In this document: positions 1 through 9,061 of the stretch, one piece after another
How positions within the stretch are numbered: the stretch's first letter is position 1
Layout: each line of letters starts with the position of its first letter
Assembly: GCA_946402315.1 (NCBI GenBank)
Contig: CAMIWC010000002.1
Coordinates: 36,432-100,431 of the forward strand
Direction of reading: 5' to 3'
Length of the DNA: 64,000 bases
Source of the DNA: an uncultured Clostridium sp.
GTDB taxonomy: Bacteria; Bacillota_I; Bacilli_A; RF39; UBA660
The notes under the pieces: model-generated
Told to the model about the DNA's origin: nothing
Database searches by the model: none
What the model saw: the letters and a program-made list of their open reading frames with translations, nothing else
Program-made: the position numbers and the translations under genes

Positions 1-506
1 CTAGAGGTAATACAAGAAGTGGAATTCTTGCTAATCTTCAAAGTATGACTAGTAGTTCAAAACTTCGTGCAGAATCATCTAAATTAAGTACTAATGATTC
101 GAGTATTGAAAGTGCTAGAACTTCATGGCAACAAGCTCAAAATTTAGCTGTTGAAGCAGAAAATAATTATCGTAATTTAATAGCTTCTGGTCCTCGTGAA
201 GGTGAATCAGTACAAGAATACAATGAAAGAAGAACAAGAGCTTATAATGATTATCAAAATAAATCTTCAAAAGCTAAAGAAGCAGAAGCTAATTATCAAA
301 ATGTTAGAGCTAGTTATGACAGATCAGGTGGTAAAGGACGTTCTGGATCTGTTGTTCATAGAGCTAGAAAGAAAATTGCAGCTGAAACAGGAGCTAACGT
401 AAATAAATCTATGGCAGATGCTGTTAGTTCTGGCACAGCTCCAGCTAGTGAAACTACAATAGAAGCTAGAAGAAGCGAAAGAACGTCAAATAGTAATAAT
501 AGTTAG
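1..506 (+). CDS. 3' part of a gene starting before the window; hydrophilic, coiled-coil, Ser/Arg-rich C-terminal tail, possibly of a VirB6-like T4SS membrane protein
   Basis: Frame is open from position 3 to the TAG ending at 506, so the ATG at 45 is internal. It lies directly upstream of a PrgI-like gene, the usual position of VirB6-like genes in monoderm conjugation clusters (positional inference only). Confidence 0.55.
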   Translation, partial: RGNTRSGILANLQSMTSSSKLRAESSKLSTNDSSIESARTSWQQAQNLAVEAENNYRNLIASGPREGESVQEYNERRTRAYNDYQNKSSKAKEAEANYQNVRASYDRSGGKGRSGSVVHRARKKIAAETGANVNKSMADAVSSGTAPASETTIEARRSERTSNSNNS

Positions 507-516
507 AGGTGGTTAG

Positions 517-852
517 ATGGAAAACAATTATTTAATTCCTGCAAATGCCAATAAAGGAAAGTTGATTATGGGTCTATTTAGACCTTTAGATGCAGCGATA
601 TTTGGAATTGGCTGTTTGGTAACGTTAGCTGGATTATTCTTGTTACAAAATATGCTAACAAAAATATCCGTAGCGGTACTAGTTATGTTACCAGCCCTTG
701 TTACTGGTTTCCTAGTAATACCAATTCCGTATCAACATAATATATTGGTATTTATACAATGCATGATGAGATTTTTAAAAGAAAAACAAGAATATACATA
801 TGTATGGAAAGGATGGTGTGCTGATCGTGGCGAAGAAGAACGTAAAAGGTAG
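517..852 (+). CDS. PrgI/VirB3-like small membrane protein of a monoderm T4SS
   Basis: 111 aa; YLIP...KLIMGLFRPLD followed by two TM helices and a C-terminal YxYVWKG; RBS GAGGTGG; immediately upstream of VirB4-type genes. Confidence 0.7.
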   Translation: MENNYLIPANANKGKLIMGLFRPLDAAIFGIGCLVTLAGLFLLQNMLTKISVAVLVMLPALVTGFLVIPIPYQHNILVFIQCMMRFLKEKQEYTYVWKGWCADRGEEERKR

Positions 853-1384
853 TATAAGATCTACTGAAAGCTGGATTCCAGTACAAAGTATCACAAATGG
901 CATGATTGTACTTGATAACAATCAAAAAGTTACAGGAGTAAAGATAACTCCTAGAAATATCTTTATCTTGGATATTGAAACTCAAGCTGGAATTATTAAT
1001 AACTTAAAGAATTTTTATAACCAAATAGATTATGAGTTCTGGTTAGTAGTTGCTGATAGACCAGTAGATATTTCAGTATTCATGTCTCAATTACAACTTC
1101 AATATAATCAAACCCAATCTCCTGCAGTAAGAAAATTAATTACAGAAGATATTCAAAAAGGTAACAGTTTTATGAATAATAATGTAGTTGATACTGAGTA
1201 CTATATCCTATTTAAAGAAAATGATATGGATAAGATTCAAAAGAGAATTAGAGCACTAATTAATTCATTATCAGCTTGTGGACTTACTTCTAGTCAAACA
1301 ACTAATGATGATTTAAGAATAATTCTAGATAACTTCTTGAATGGTGGACAAACAACAGAATTTGGAACGGTGGTGGCACTATGA
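827..1384 (+). CDS. TrsD/PrgI C-terminal-like protein (VirB4 N-terminal partner)
   Basis: WIPVQSITNGMIVL...GVKITPRNIF...EYYILF...LSACGL pattern is typical of the gene between PrgI and VirB4. Likely GTG start at 827 after GGATGGTG (track start 800). ATGA overlap with virB4. Confidence 0.6.
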   Translation: MAKKNVKGSIRSTESWIPVQSITNGMIVLDNNQKVTGVKITPRNIFILDIETQAGIINNLKNFYNQIDYEFWLVVADRPVDISVFMSQLQLQYNQTQSPAVRKLITEDIQKGNSFMNNNVVDTEYYILFKENDMDKIQKRIRALINSLSACGLTSSQTTNDDLRIILDNFLNGGQTTEFGTVVAL

Positions 1385-3174
1385 GTAATAATTCATTTAA
1401 ATCACAAATTGCACCAAAAAGTTTGGACTTTAATGCAAGTGATTTCTTCATTAGTGATAAATATGCAACTATCTTAACAGTTGTATCTTATCCTAAATTT
1501 ATTGCTCCAGGATATTTATCAACACTTACAAATATGTCTGGTATCAAGATTGTTATTAAACATATACCAGTACCATTCTCAACAATTTCAAGAATGTTAA
1601 ATAAACAAATTGTTGATTTAAAAGCAAAGTATCAAGAAGAACATGATCGTACTCGTCAAGAAAGTATTAGATTAGACTATGAATCATTAGAGTATTTCGT
1701 ATCTATGCTTGCTGGTAGTCAAGCACGTATCTTTGACTTCCAAATGCATATTATGATTACTGCTGATACTAAAGAAGATCTAGAACTTAAAAAGGTTAAT
1801 GTAAAGAACTATCTAGAAGCTATGGAATTACGTGCAGTTTCACTTAGATTTGAACAAGAAAAAGTTCTTAAATCTATGCTTCCAATCTTCCCTAAACAAG
1901 ATTTGGAAGATCGTGTAGGTACTCCAATACCTTCAGTTACAATAGCTGCTATGTATCCATTTATCTTTGATAGTATTAAGGATCCAGGATTAAGTGCACT
2001 TCTTGGTGTAGACTTCTCTGGAGGAGTAATTCTATTTAACCAATTCTTATATAAAATTAAGAAAGAAAATAATCGTAATAATGCTAACCTAATTTTATTA
2101 GGTACATCTGGATCAGGAAAATCTACTGCTGCTAAGTTATTACTTCGTAACCACATTCGTAATGGTTGTCAAATTGTTGCAATTGACCCAGAAAACGAGT
2201 TAGAGGAAATGACTAAAGCTTTTGGTGGAGATACTATTGACTTAGGTAAAGGTGGAGAATTTGGTATGATTAACCCTTTACAAATAGTTATTGATGCTGA
2301 TGAAGATGAAATTAAACAAGGACTTGGATATACAGTTCTTACAAGAACATTACAATTCTTAAAAGCTTTCATGAAGTATTATGATCCATCTATTGAAGAA
2401 GATACATTAACTATTTTCTCTGAAATAGTACAAGATACATATCGTCGTTTTGGAATTGACTTTGATAAAGATTTCTATCACTTTACCGCAGCCGATTATC
2501 CAACATTCTCTGATGTATATGCAACTATTAAGAGTAGAATTATATCTATGCCAGAACATACTCATGAAAGAGAAACAATGGAAAAGTTAGAGTTAAAGAT
2601 TAGACCTCTTACTAATGACTTAAAATATTACTTTGATGGAAAGACTACAATTACTCATAATAGTGATTTCATTACATTTAATATTAAAGAGTTAATGAAT
2701 GCAGAACAAAATATTAAGAATGCATTATTCTTCAATATCTTAAAGTATGCATGGGGACTATGTCTTGATAGAAACGTTGATACAGTAATGATGATTGACG
2801 AGGCTCACGTATTATTAGGAGATCAAAATAGCTTAGGTGCTGACTTCCTAGCTCAAGTACAAAGACGTGCTCGTAAATATAACACAGGAACAATTATTAT
2901 TACACAACAACCATCAGACTTTGCTGCTCCTAACGTAATTATGCAAGGAAAGGCAATATTCGATAATGCTTCTTACTATCTAATCATGGGACTTAAGAAA
3001 CAAGCTGCTGATGACTTAGGTAAATTAGTTGACTTAAATGACAATGAAAAAGAAAGTATTAAGAACTATAGCCAAGGTGAAGCATTGTTTGTTTGTGGTA
3101 ATAGACGTATGCGTATTAACATAATTGTTACTCCAGAAGAACTAGCATCATTTGGTTCTGGTGGAGGACTATAG
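1381..3174 (+). CDS. virB4: VirB4/TraE-family type IV secretion ATPase
   Basis: Walker A GTSGSGKS, IDPENE, Walker B MMIDEAH, RRARKY...IIITQ, GEAL; AAMYPF motif typical of Gram-positive VirB4. Confidence 0.9.
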   Translation: MSNNSFKSQIAPKSLDFNASDFFISDKYATILTVVSYPKFIAPGYLSTLTNMSGIKIVIKHIPVPFSTISRMLNKQIVDLKAKYQEEHDRTRQESIRLDYESLEYFVSMLAGSQARIFDFQMHIMITADTKEDLELKKVNVKNYLEAMELRAVSLRFEQEKVLKSMLPIFPKQDLEDRVGTPIPSVTIAAMYPFIFDSIKDPGLSALLGVDFSGGVILFNQFLYKIKKENNRNNANLILLGTSGSGKSTAAKLLLRNHIRNGCQIVAIDPENELEEMTKAFGGDTIDLGKGGEFGMINPLQIVIDADEDEIKQGLGYTVLTRTLQFLKAFMKYYDPSIEEDTLTIFSEIVQDTYRRFGIDFDKDFYHFTAADYPTFSDVYATIKSRIISMPEHTHERETMEKLELKIRPLTNDLKYYFDGKTTITHNSDFITFNIKELMNAEQNIKNALFFNILKYAWGLCLDRNVDTVMMIDEAHVLLGDQNSLGADFLAQVQRRARKYNTGTIIITQQPSDFAAPNVIMQGKAIFDNASYYLIMGLKKQAADDLGKLVDLNDNEKESIKNYSQGEALFVCGNRRMRINIIVTPEELASFGSGGGL

Positions 3175-3196
3175 AATTAATAAAAGTTAATTTAAT

Positions 3197-3229
3197 AAAA
3201 GTGATTTTAAGTTTTAAAATCACTTTTTT
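3197..3229 (+). terminator. Rho-independent terminator after virB4
   Basis: AAAAGTGATTTTAA-gtt-TTAAAATCACTTTTTT. Confidence 0.75.
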
Positions 3230-3263
3230 AATGGTATAATTTTATTAGAATAGAGGTGATAGT

Positions 3264-5447
3264 ATGAATGATGAAGATGATGTTATAGAAGAACAAGAAG
3301 AAGTAGAAAATAATCTAGAAATAGAAGATCAAGAGTATCAACTTCATGAAAGTACTATTACAACTACAACAGCTACTAGAGTAGAACAAATAAGTGTAGG
3401 AGGTAAAATATTTTTAGAAAAAACACTTATGAATAAGTGGTTTTATATCTTAGCTTCTACTTTTTTAGGATGCTTTTATGTTTTTGTTGTAATTCTTGCT
3501 TTTTTAGTAAAAACAACAGATGGTATGAATTACGCTATTGGTGAAACTGATAAGAATGAACAATATACTCAAATCTATCAAGCTGTTGATGAAGTAGAAC
3601 AAGAAATACGTTCTAAGTACAATGTAAATATTAATAAGTATTTAATAATATCAGCCCTAACTGTATTTATGAATAATCAGTATTATCAAAATAAAAGTAT
3701 GGCTTTTAATTATGTAAATGTAGATGATGGTGCTAGTAGTAAATCTACTACAGTTATCAAGAACTTTGCTGAAATCTTAGCAAAATATCAAATAGTAACT
3801 AATACATCTTGTAGTATGCCTAGTGGTACTCCAAGACAAATAGCGTCTAACGATGATGAAGGAATGAAATATTTTACAACTTCCGCATCTGATAAAGAAA
3901 AAAACTATGATTGTAATGGTATGGGAAGTCAATACAAAGTTTCTTGGAAACAAGGAGTACTAGATGATGATAGTTCTGGTAGTGCTTTCTATTGGAATAT
4001 GTTAGATGAGAACTTCTTTAATAATTACTATCCAGAGTACTTTGGACAATTAACGAAAAATGGTAGTAATCCAGAACAATATTATGAAGCTGCTGATGAA
4101 GTATTAGATTATATATATTTATATGCTAAATATTTAAAACAATTAGATACTAAAGCTAATTCTTGTGCAGATACTACATTTACTACTATCTATCAAGAAT
4201 GTGCTGGAGTTACAGTAGAACCAGATGCAGATGGTAAATATGGTGGTACTTATTCATTAGAAGAATATGTTGCTGGTGTTGTTGCTGATGAATCTTCACC
4301 ACAGTATTCATCTTTAATTTTAAGTGATACTGGTCATGGTAATTATGCTGCTAATGAAGCAGTAGTAAATGAAGCTATTAAAGCCTTTATAATTGCTATT
4401 AGATCTTACACACTTAGTAGAACTAATGGATGTACTAGAACTATTAAGAATAGTTCTGGAGATCAAAACTTTAAACCTACAAATGATCCAATTATATTAG
4501 AATTAGTAAAAGAAACAGAAGGATTAGTAATTACTTATGAAGGTAAAGTAGTTTCTGCTGAATATGATTCGTTCTGTGGTGGAAAAGAAAAATGTAGAAA
4601 TCAACATTGTACTGATCCATATAATTGTTATTATCAAAAGAAACCTACTGAAGAGAAACATTTAATAACAATGCCTAGTAACTTTAATAGATATTATGGT
4701 GGTCATGGTAGAGGATTAAGTCAATGGGCTAATGTTTGGTATGCGTATCAAAAAGGATGGAATTATAAACAATTATTAGAGTTCTTCTATGCTGATGGTA
4801 TTCAAATCCAAAGATTAGCTAGTGCTAGTGGGGGACCAAGTGGATTATATTGTTCTAATTCATCTTCTGGTACTCAAGCTAAAGATTTTAATGAATTAGG
4901 AGATAAAGCTTATAATGGTGATAAAACTGCTCAAGAAGAATGGATTCAAAGAGTAGGTAAAATAGTACAAAATGCACAACATTCTAAGTATGGTATTAAA
5001 AATTCACTTATTATTGCGCAAATAATCAATGAAAGTGGATGGATGCATACACCAAATCATTTTAATGATGATGGAACATCTTTAAATAATACTTGTAATA
5101 ATATTATCGGTATTAATTACCAAATGGGTAAACCAATATCATCGCAAGATTCTAGATGGAGTGCTAATCCTCAAAAATGTCCTATGTCTGTACCATATTG
5201 GGATTCAAATGACCAATTAGCTTATAGAGTAGAAGATATGAGAAAATATGAAGATATAGAACAATGTATAGAAGATTATGCAAATCTAGTATATATATAT
5301 CATCCTGAATGTAAGAATAATAATAATATTGAATGTTATCGAAAATTCTTGGATCACTATACACCAGTACCTGCTGGACAAGAAACAATTACTGAAAGAT
5401 ATATAAGAATTATAAGTATGTATAATCTAGAAAGATTTGATCAATAG
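3264..5447 (+). CDS. Membrane-anchored two-domain peptidoglycan hydrolase (SpoIID/LytB-like plus GH73 glucosaminidase-like), in a VirB1-like position
   Basis: TM near aa 60-83. SpoIID-like motifs LEEYVAGVVADE, AIKAFIIAIRSY, GHGRGLSQW, YKQLLEFFY. GH73-like motifs LIIAQIINESGW, NNIIGI, MRKYEDIEQCIEDY. Confidence 0.75.
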   Translation: MNDEDDVIEEQEEVENNLEIEDQEYQLHESTITTTTATRVEQISVGGKIFLEKTLMNKWFYILASTFLGCFYVFVVILAFLVKTTDGMNYAIGETDKNEQYTQIYQAVDEVEQEIRSKYNVNINKYLIISALTVFMNNQYYQNKSMAFNYVNVDDGASSKSTTVIKNFAEILAKYQIVTNTSCSMPSGTPRQIASNDDEGMKYFTTSASDKEKNYDCNGMGSQYKVSWKQGVLDDDSSGSAFYWNMLDENFFNNYYPEYFGQLTKNGSNPEQYYEAADEVLDYIYLYAKYLKQLDTKANSCADTTFTTIYQECAGVTVEPDADGKYGGTYSLEEYVAGVVADESSPQYSSLILSDTGHGNYAANEAVVNEAIKAFIIAIRSYTLSRTNGCTRTIKNSSGDQNFKPTNDPIILELVKETEGLVITYEGKVVSAEYDSFCGGKEKCRNQHCTDPYNCYYQKKPTEEKHLITMPSNFNRYYGGHGRGLSQWANVWYAYQKGWNYKQLLEFFYADGIQIQRLASASGGPSGLYCSNSSSGTQAKDFNELGDKAYNGDKTAQEEWIQRVGKIVQNAQHSKYGIKNSLIIAQIINESGWMHTPNHFNDDGTSLNNTCNNIIGINYQMGKPISSQDSRWSANPQKCPMSVPYWDSNDQLAYRVEDMRKYEDIEQCIEDYANLVYIYHPECKNNNNIECYRKFLDHYTPVPAGQETITERYIRIISMYNLERFDQ

Positions 5448-5456
5448 AGGTGTTTT

Positions 5457-6155
5457 ATGAAAAAGAAAAACATATTATTGTTAGTAATTATTACTTTATT
5501 TCTTACTGGATGTACATTTGAGTATAAAGCTAAGATAATGTTAGATGGTTCGGTTAGAGAAGAAGTAAATACTGTTACTAAAACTAATGAAATATATACT
5601 GAAGAAGAATTAGAAAAAGTTACTTCAGATACTTTTAAAAAAGTAGTTAAAATATACTTAGATAATGCTGGTATAAAGAAAGCTAAAATAAAGTATTATA
5701 AAGATAGAATTGAGGGTAAAACAAAGACTACTTATAATAGTTTGTATTCTTATTCTAAAGATTCTAAATTAGTAAAAACTCTATATGATGGATTAAGAAT
5801 AACTAAAAAAAATGGTAAAACTTTAATAGAGTCAATTGATAGTAATTTTGAATTTGGTATAGAAGAATATTATGGATCTACTATATCAATATCTCTTCCA
5901 TATAAAGTAACTAATTCTAATGCTGATTCCGTTGATAAAAGTACTAATACTTATTCATGGAATTTAGATGAAGATTTTACTGGTATTTCTTTAGAGTATA
6001 AAAATAGAATTTTTTATACTTTGAATGTTATTAAAATATTAAATTATGCTACTATTTATACATATTTTACTATTGCTGTAATTTTAATAATAATTATATT
6101 TGTAATTTTTCTTATTTTGTATTATTATAGAGCAAAAAAACTTCGTAATAATTAA
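5457..6155 (+). CDS. Lipoprotein with a C-terminal TM anchor (LppM/DUF3153-like)
   Basis: Lipobox FLTG-C; LDGSV, ISLPYKVTNSNADSVD...YSW motifs; C-terminal hydrophobic helix plus basic tail. Confidence 0.65.
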   Translation: MKKKNILLLVIITLFLTGCTFEYKAKIMLDGSVREEVNTVTKTNEIYTEEELEKVTSDTFKKVVKIYLDNAGIKKAKIKYYKDRIEGKTKTTYNSLYSYSKDSKLVKTLYDGLRITKKNGKTLIESIDSNFEFGIEEYYGSTISISLPYKVTNSNADSVDKSTNTYSWNLDEDFTGISLEYKNRIFYTLNVIKILNYATIYTYFTIAVILIIIIFVIFLILYYYRAKKLRNN

Positions 6156-6184
6156 TTGTATTATTAAGGGTTTTTGTATATAAT
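6156..6184 (+). promoter_or_regulatory. Sigma-A type promoter of virD4
   Basis: TTGTAT-17 bp-TATAAT upstream of RBS GAAGGGG and TTG at 6219. Confidence 0.55.
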
Positions 6185-6218
6185 ATACTTGATTAATCGA
6201 TTGAAAGAAGGGGTCACC

Positions 6219-8528
6219 TTGAAATTAAGATTTAGAGCAGAACCAAAAGATGTATTAATATTCTGTATATTTTGCTTATTTCTATTGTACATTATATGTA
6301 TTGGAATATTAAATTTATCTAGTATGGCTAATAGTGAGGGATTACATGGATTAAATCCACTTCCTGCCTTTACACCTAGATTTCTTAAAGGAACTATTGT
6401 TTTCTTTATTCTTGCTTTTGTAGGTTTATTATTAAGTGTTAGTTCTTTATTCTTTGAAAGAGATGAAGGTTTTGGATTAACTTTTAATAAAAAGGATAAA
6501 GGATATAGTAGATGGGCTAAAGAAAGAGAAATTAAGTCAGTTTTATATGAAGTTGATCCTAAAGCTCCAAGAAGTGAGCATGCAGGAATTCCATTAATTA
6601 GTAAAAATGGAAAACTTTGGGTAGATGATGGTGAATATCATACATTAGTTATTGGTGCTACTGGTGCTGGTAAAACTCAAAGTACTATTTTCCCAACTAT
6701 TAAAGTTCTTGCTAAAAAAGGCGAATCTATGATTATGACTGACCCAAAAGGTGAGTTATATGAAAAGACTGGTGGATTATTAAGAAAAAAAGGATATGAT
6801 ATTATTCTTCTTAACTTCCGTAGTCCACAAAAAGGAAATGCTTGGAATCCTATGTCACTTCCTTATAGATTATATAAAACTGGTAATAAAGATAAAGCTA
6901 TTGAGTTATTAGATGACTTAGCATTAAACATTCTATATGAAGAAAAGAGTGGAAATGCTGATCCATTCTGGGAAAAAACTAGTGCTGACTATTTCTCAGG
7001 ACTCGCCTTAGGATTATTTGAAGATGCTCCTGAAGAACAAATTAACTTAAATAGTATTAGTATGACTACTACTGTTGGAGAAGAAAAATGTGGAGGTTCT
7101 ACTTATGTAAAAGAATACTTCAATATGAAAGATCCTAACTCTCCAGCTTATATAAATGCCAGTGGTACTATTATGGCACCATCTGATACTAAAGGATCTA
7201 TTATTTCAGTATTTAAACAAAAGATAAAATTATTCTCATCTCGTGAAAATTTATCAGAGATGTTAAGTTATAGTGACTTTGATATGAATACTATTGGTGC
7301 TAGACCAACTGCAGTATTTATTATCATTCAAGATGAAAAGAAGACTTACCATTCACTAGCAACTATATTCGTAAAACAATGTTATGAAACATTAATCGAC
7401 GTAGCTCAAGCTAATGGTGGAAAGCTTCCATGTAGAACTAATTTCTTACTAGATGAGTTTGCTAACATGCCACCATTAAAAGATGTTACAACTATGATTA
7501 CTGCAGCTCGTTCAAGACAAATTAGATTTACAATGATTATCCAAAACTTTTCACAACTTAATCAAGTTTATGGAAAAGAAAATGCTGAAACAATTAAAGG
7601 TAACTGTGGTAATATAGTTTACTTAATATCTACTGAGTTAGCTGCTTTGGAAGAAATTAGTAAATTATGTGGAGAAGTTAAATCTAAGAAAGATGATAAG
7701 ACTGCTTCAACTCCATTAGTAACAGTTTCTGACTTACAAAGAATGAAACAATTTGACCAAATTGTTTTAAGATTAAGAATGCAACCATTCAAAACATCAT
7801 TTACTCCTGATTTTAAAATAGATTGGGGTGGAGAAAAATCTCCTAAAGTAGAATATCCAGAACGTGAAAAACGTCCTGTTCAAGTATTTGATGTACGTGA
7901 ATATGTTAAAAAGAAAAGACAAGAAAAAATAAAATCTATGATGATGGATGGAGAAGAGGGAGGAAGTACTCAACCATTTGGTAAACCTTCACCTGTATTT
8001 GGAACACCATATGAGAGTCCTGCACCAAAGTCTGAAGCAACATTTATGACTCCTAAACCAGCAACTCCACCACCAATCACAACAACAAAGACTGAAGAAA
8101 AGAGTTCAGGAACTCTTGATATTGATGACTTAGTTAAGAAGATTGATGCTAAGATTGCTGAAATTGAAAAAGAAGAAAAAGAATCTCAACAAAAAGAATC
8201 ACCTGTTGTAAAAGAGACAGTTAAAGAAACAGTTAAAGAAACTGTTATTAAAGAACAAGTTCCTGTTGAACCAGCTCCTGTTAAAGTAGTTGAGAAAGAA
8301 CCAATGATTTCTTCTAAGGATATTGAGGATAAAGTAAATGAAATTATTAGAAATCAAGAGAATAATAAAGTTGAATACAAAGAACCAACTCCAGTTACTC
8401 CTCAACCAACTCCTGTAGTTGAAGAGAAGAAGAGAATAGTTGAAGAAAATGTTCCAAGTAATAAACCATTAATATCATTAGATGATGTTAGTGAAACAGA
8501 ATTCTTTGATGACTTTTTTGAAGAATAA
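6219..8528 (+). CDS. virD4: VirD4/TraG-family type IV coupling protein with a long acidic, Pro-rich C-terminal tail
   Basis: Two N-terminal TMs, GYSRWA, Walker A GATGAGKT, TDPKGEL, WNP, DPFWE, Walker B LLDEFANM, ARSRQI...IIQNFSQL. Likely TTG start at 6219 (track start 6174). Confidence 0.9.
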   Translation: MKLRFRAEPKDVLIFCIFCLFLLYIICIGILNLSSMANSEGLHGLNPLPAFTPRFLKGTIVFFILAFVGLLLSVSSLFFERDEGFGLTFNKKDKGYSRWAKEREIKSVLYEVDPKAPRSEHAGIPLISKNGKLWVDDGEYHTLVIGATGAGKTQSTIFPTIKVLAKKGESMIMTDPKGELYEKTGGLLRKKGYDIILLNFRSPQKGNAWNPMSLPYRLYKTGNKDKAIELLDDLALNILYEEKSGNADPFWEKTSADYFSGLALGLFEDAPEEQINLNSISMTTTVGEEKCGGSTYVKEYFNMKDPNSPAYINASGTIMAPSDTKGSIISVFKQKIKLFSSRENLSEMLSYSDFDMNTIGARPTAVFIIIQDEKKTYHSLATIFVKQCYETLIDVAQANGGKLPCRTNFLLDEFANMPPLKDVTTMITAARSRQIRFTMIIQNFSQLNQVYGKENAETIKGNCGNIVYLISTELAALEEISKLCGEVKSKKDDKTASTPLVTVSDLQRMKQFDQIVLRLRMQPFKTSFTPDFKIDWGGEKSPKVEYPEREKRPVQVFDVREYVKKKRQEKIKSMMMDGEEGGSTQPFGKPSPVFGTPYESPAPKSEATFMTPKPATPPPITTTKTEEKSSGTLDIDDLVKKIDAKIAEIEKEEKESQQKESPVVKETVKETVKETVIKEQVPVEPAPVKVVEKEPMISSKDIEDKVNEIIRNQENNKVEYKEPTPVTPQPTPVVEEKKRIVEENVPSNKPLISLDDVSETEFFDDFFEE

Positions 8529-8551
8529 GAGCAATTTATTGCTCTTTTTTT
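8527..8551 (+). terminator. Terminator after virD4
   Basis: AAGAGCAAT-tt-ATTGCTCTTTTTTT. Confidence 0.75.
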
Positions 8552-8590
8552 GTTTGTATAATATAATTAATATGATAAGCGGAGGCATTT

Positions 8591-9052
8591 ATGAAGACAA
8601 AAAGTTTTGCATTATACATATTTATAAAAGCAGTATTACCTTCATTATTTTGTATTTTCTTTTTATGGTTAATGGTAAGTGGTACTAAAACTGAAAAAGA
8701 AAAAACAAATGAAAAAGTATATAATTTTAATCCTAGAGAAATTAGTAAAGTAAATGGAATAGGTGTCCAAGAATTTGAAGCTAGTATGGCTACTATGAGT
8801 GATTCTGTATTCTTATTTTGCAGTAACGAAGATGAAAAATGTTATCAAATGCTAGTTGATCTACATTCTCTAGGAAAAGATGAAATAGAATATTTAAATG
8901 TATTAGAATTAGTTGATTCTGAAAAAGAATTATTAAAAAAGTATGATATTTTTAATGATAGTTTATATCCTAAATTAATAATTATTAAAAATAATAAATA
9001 TAATTATTATAGTAAATATTTAACTAAAGAAGAATTAGATAAAATTCTATAG
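8591..9052 (+). CDS. Membrane-anchored thioredoxin-like fold protein with a degenerate CxxC
   Basis: N-terminal TM; VFLFCSNEDEKC and YPKLIII (cis-Pro-like) patterns; RBS GGAGG. Confidence 0.5.
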   Translation: MKTKSFALYIFIKAVLPSLFCIFFLWLMVSGTKTEKEKTNEKVYNFNPREISKVNGIGVQEFEASMATMSDSVFLFCSNEDEKCYQMLVDLHSLGKDEIEYLNVLELVDSEKELLKKYDIFNDSLYPKLIIIKNNKYNYYSKYLTKEELDKIL

Positions 9053-9061
9053 AGGTGTTGT

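Noticed and set aside
3264-5447. Sporulation gene spoIID
   Set aside because: The SpoIID-like domain is embedded in a larger multidomain protein within the T4SS cluster, and no other sporulation genes are present
8482-8688. 68-aa ORF bridging virD4 and the next gene
   Set aside because: It crosses a terminator and promoter and overlaps two better-supported genes
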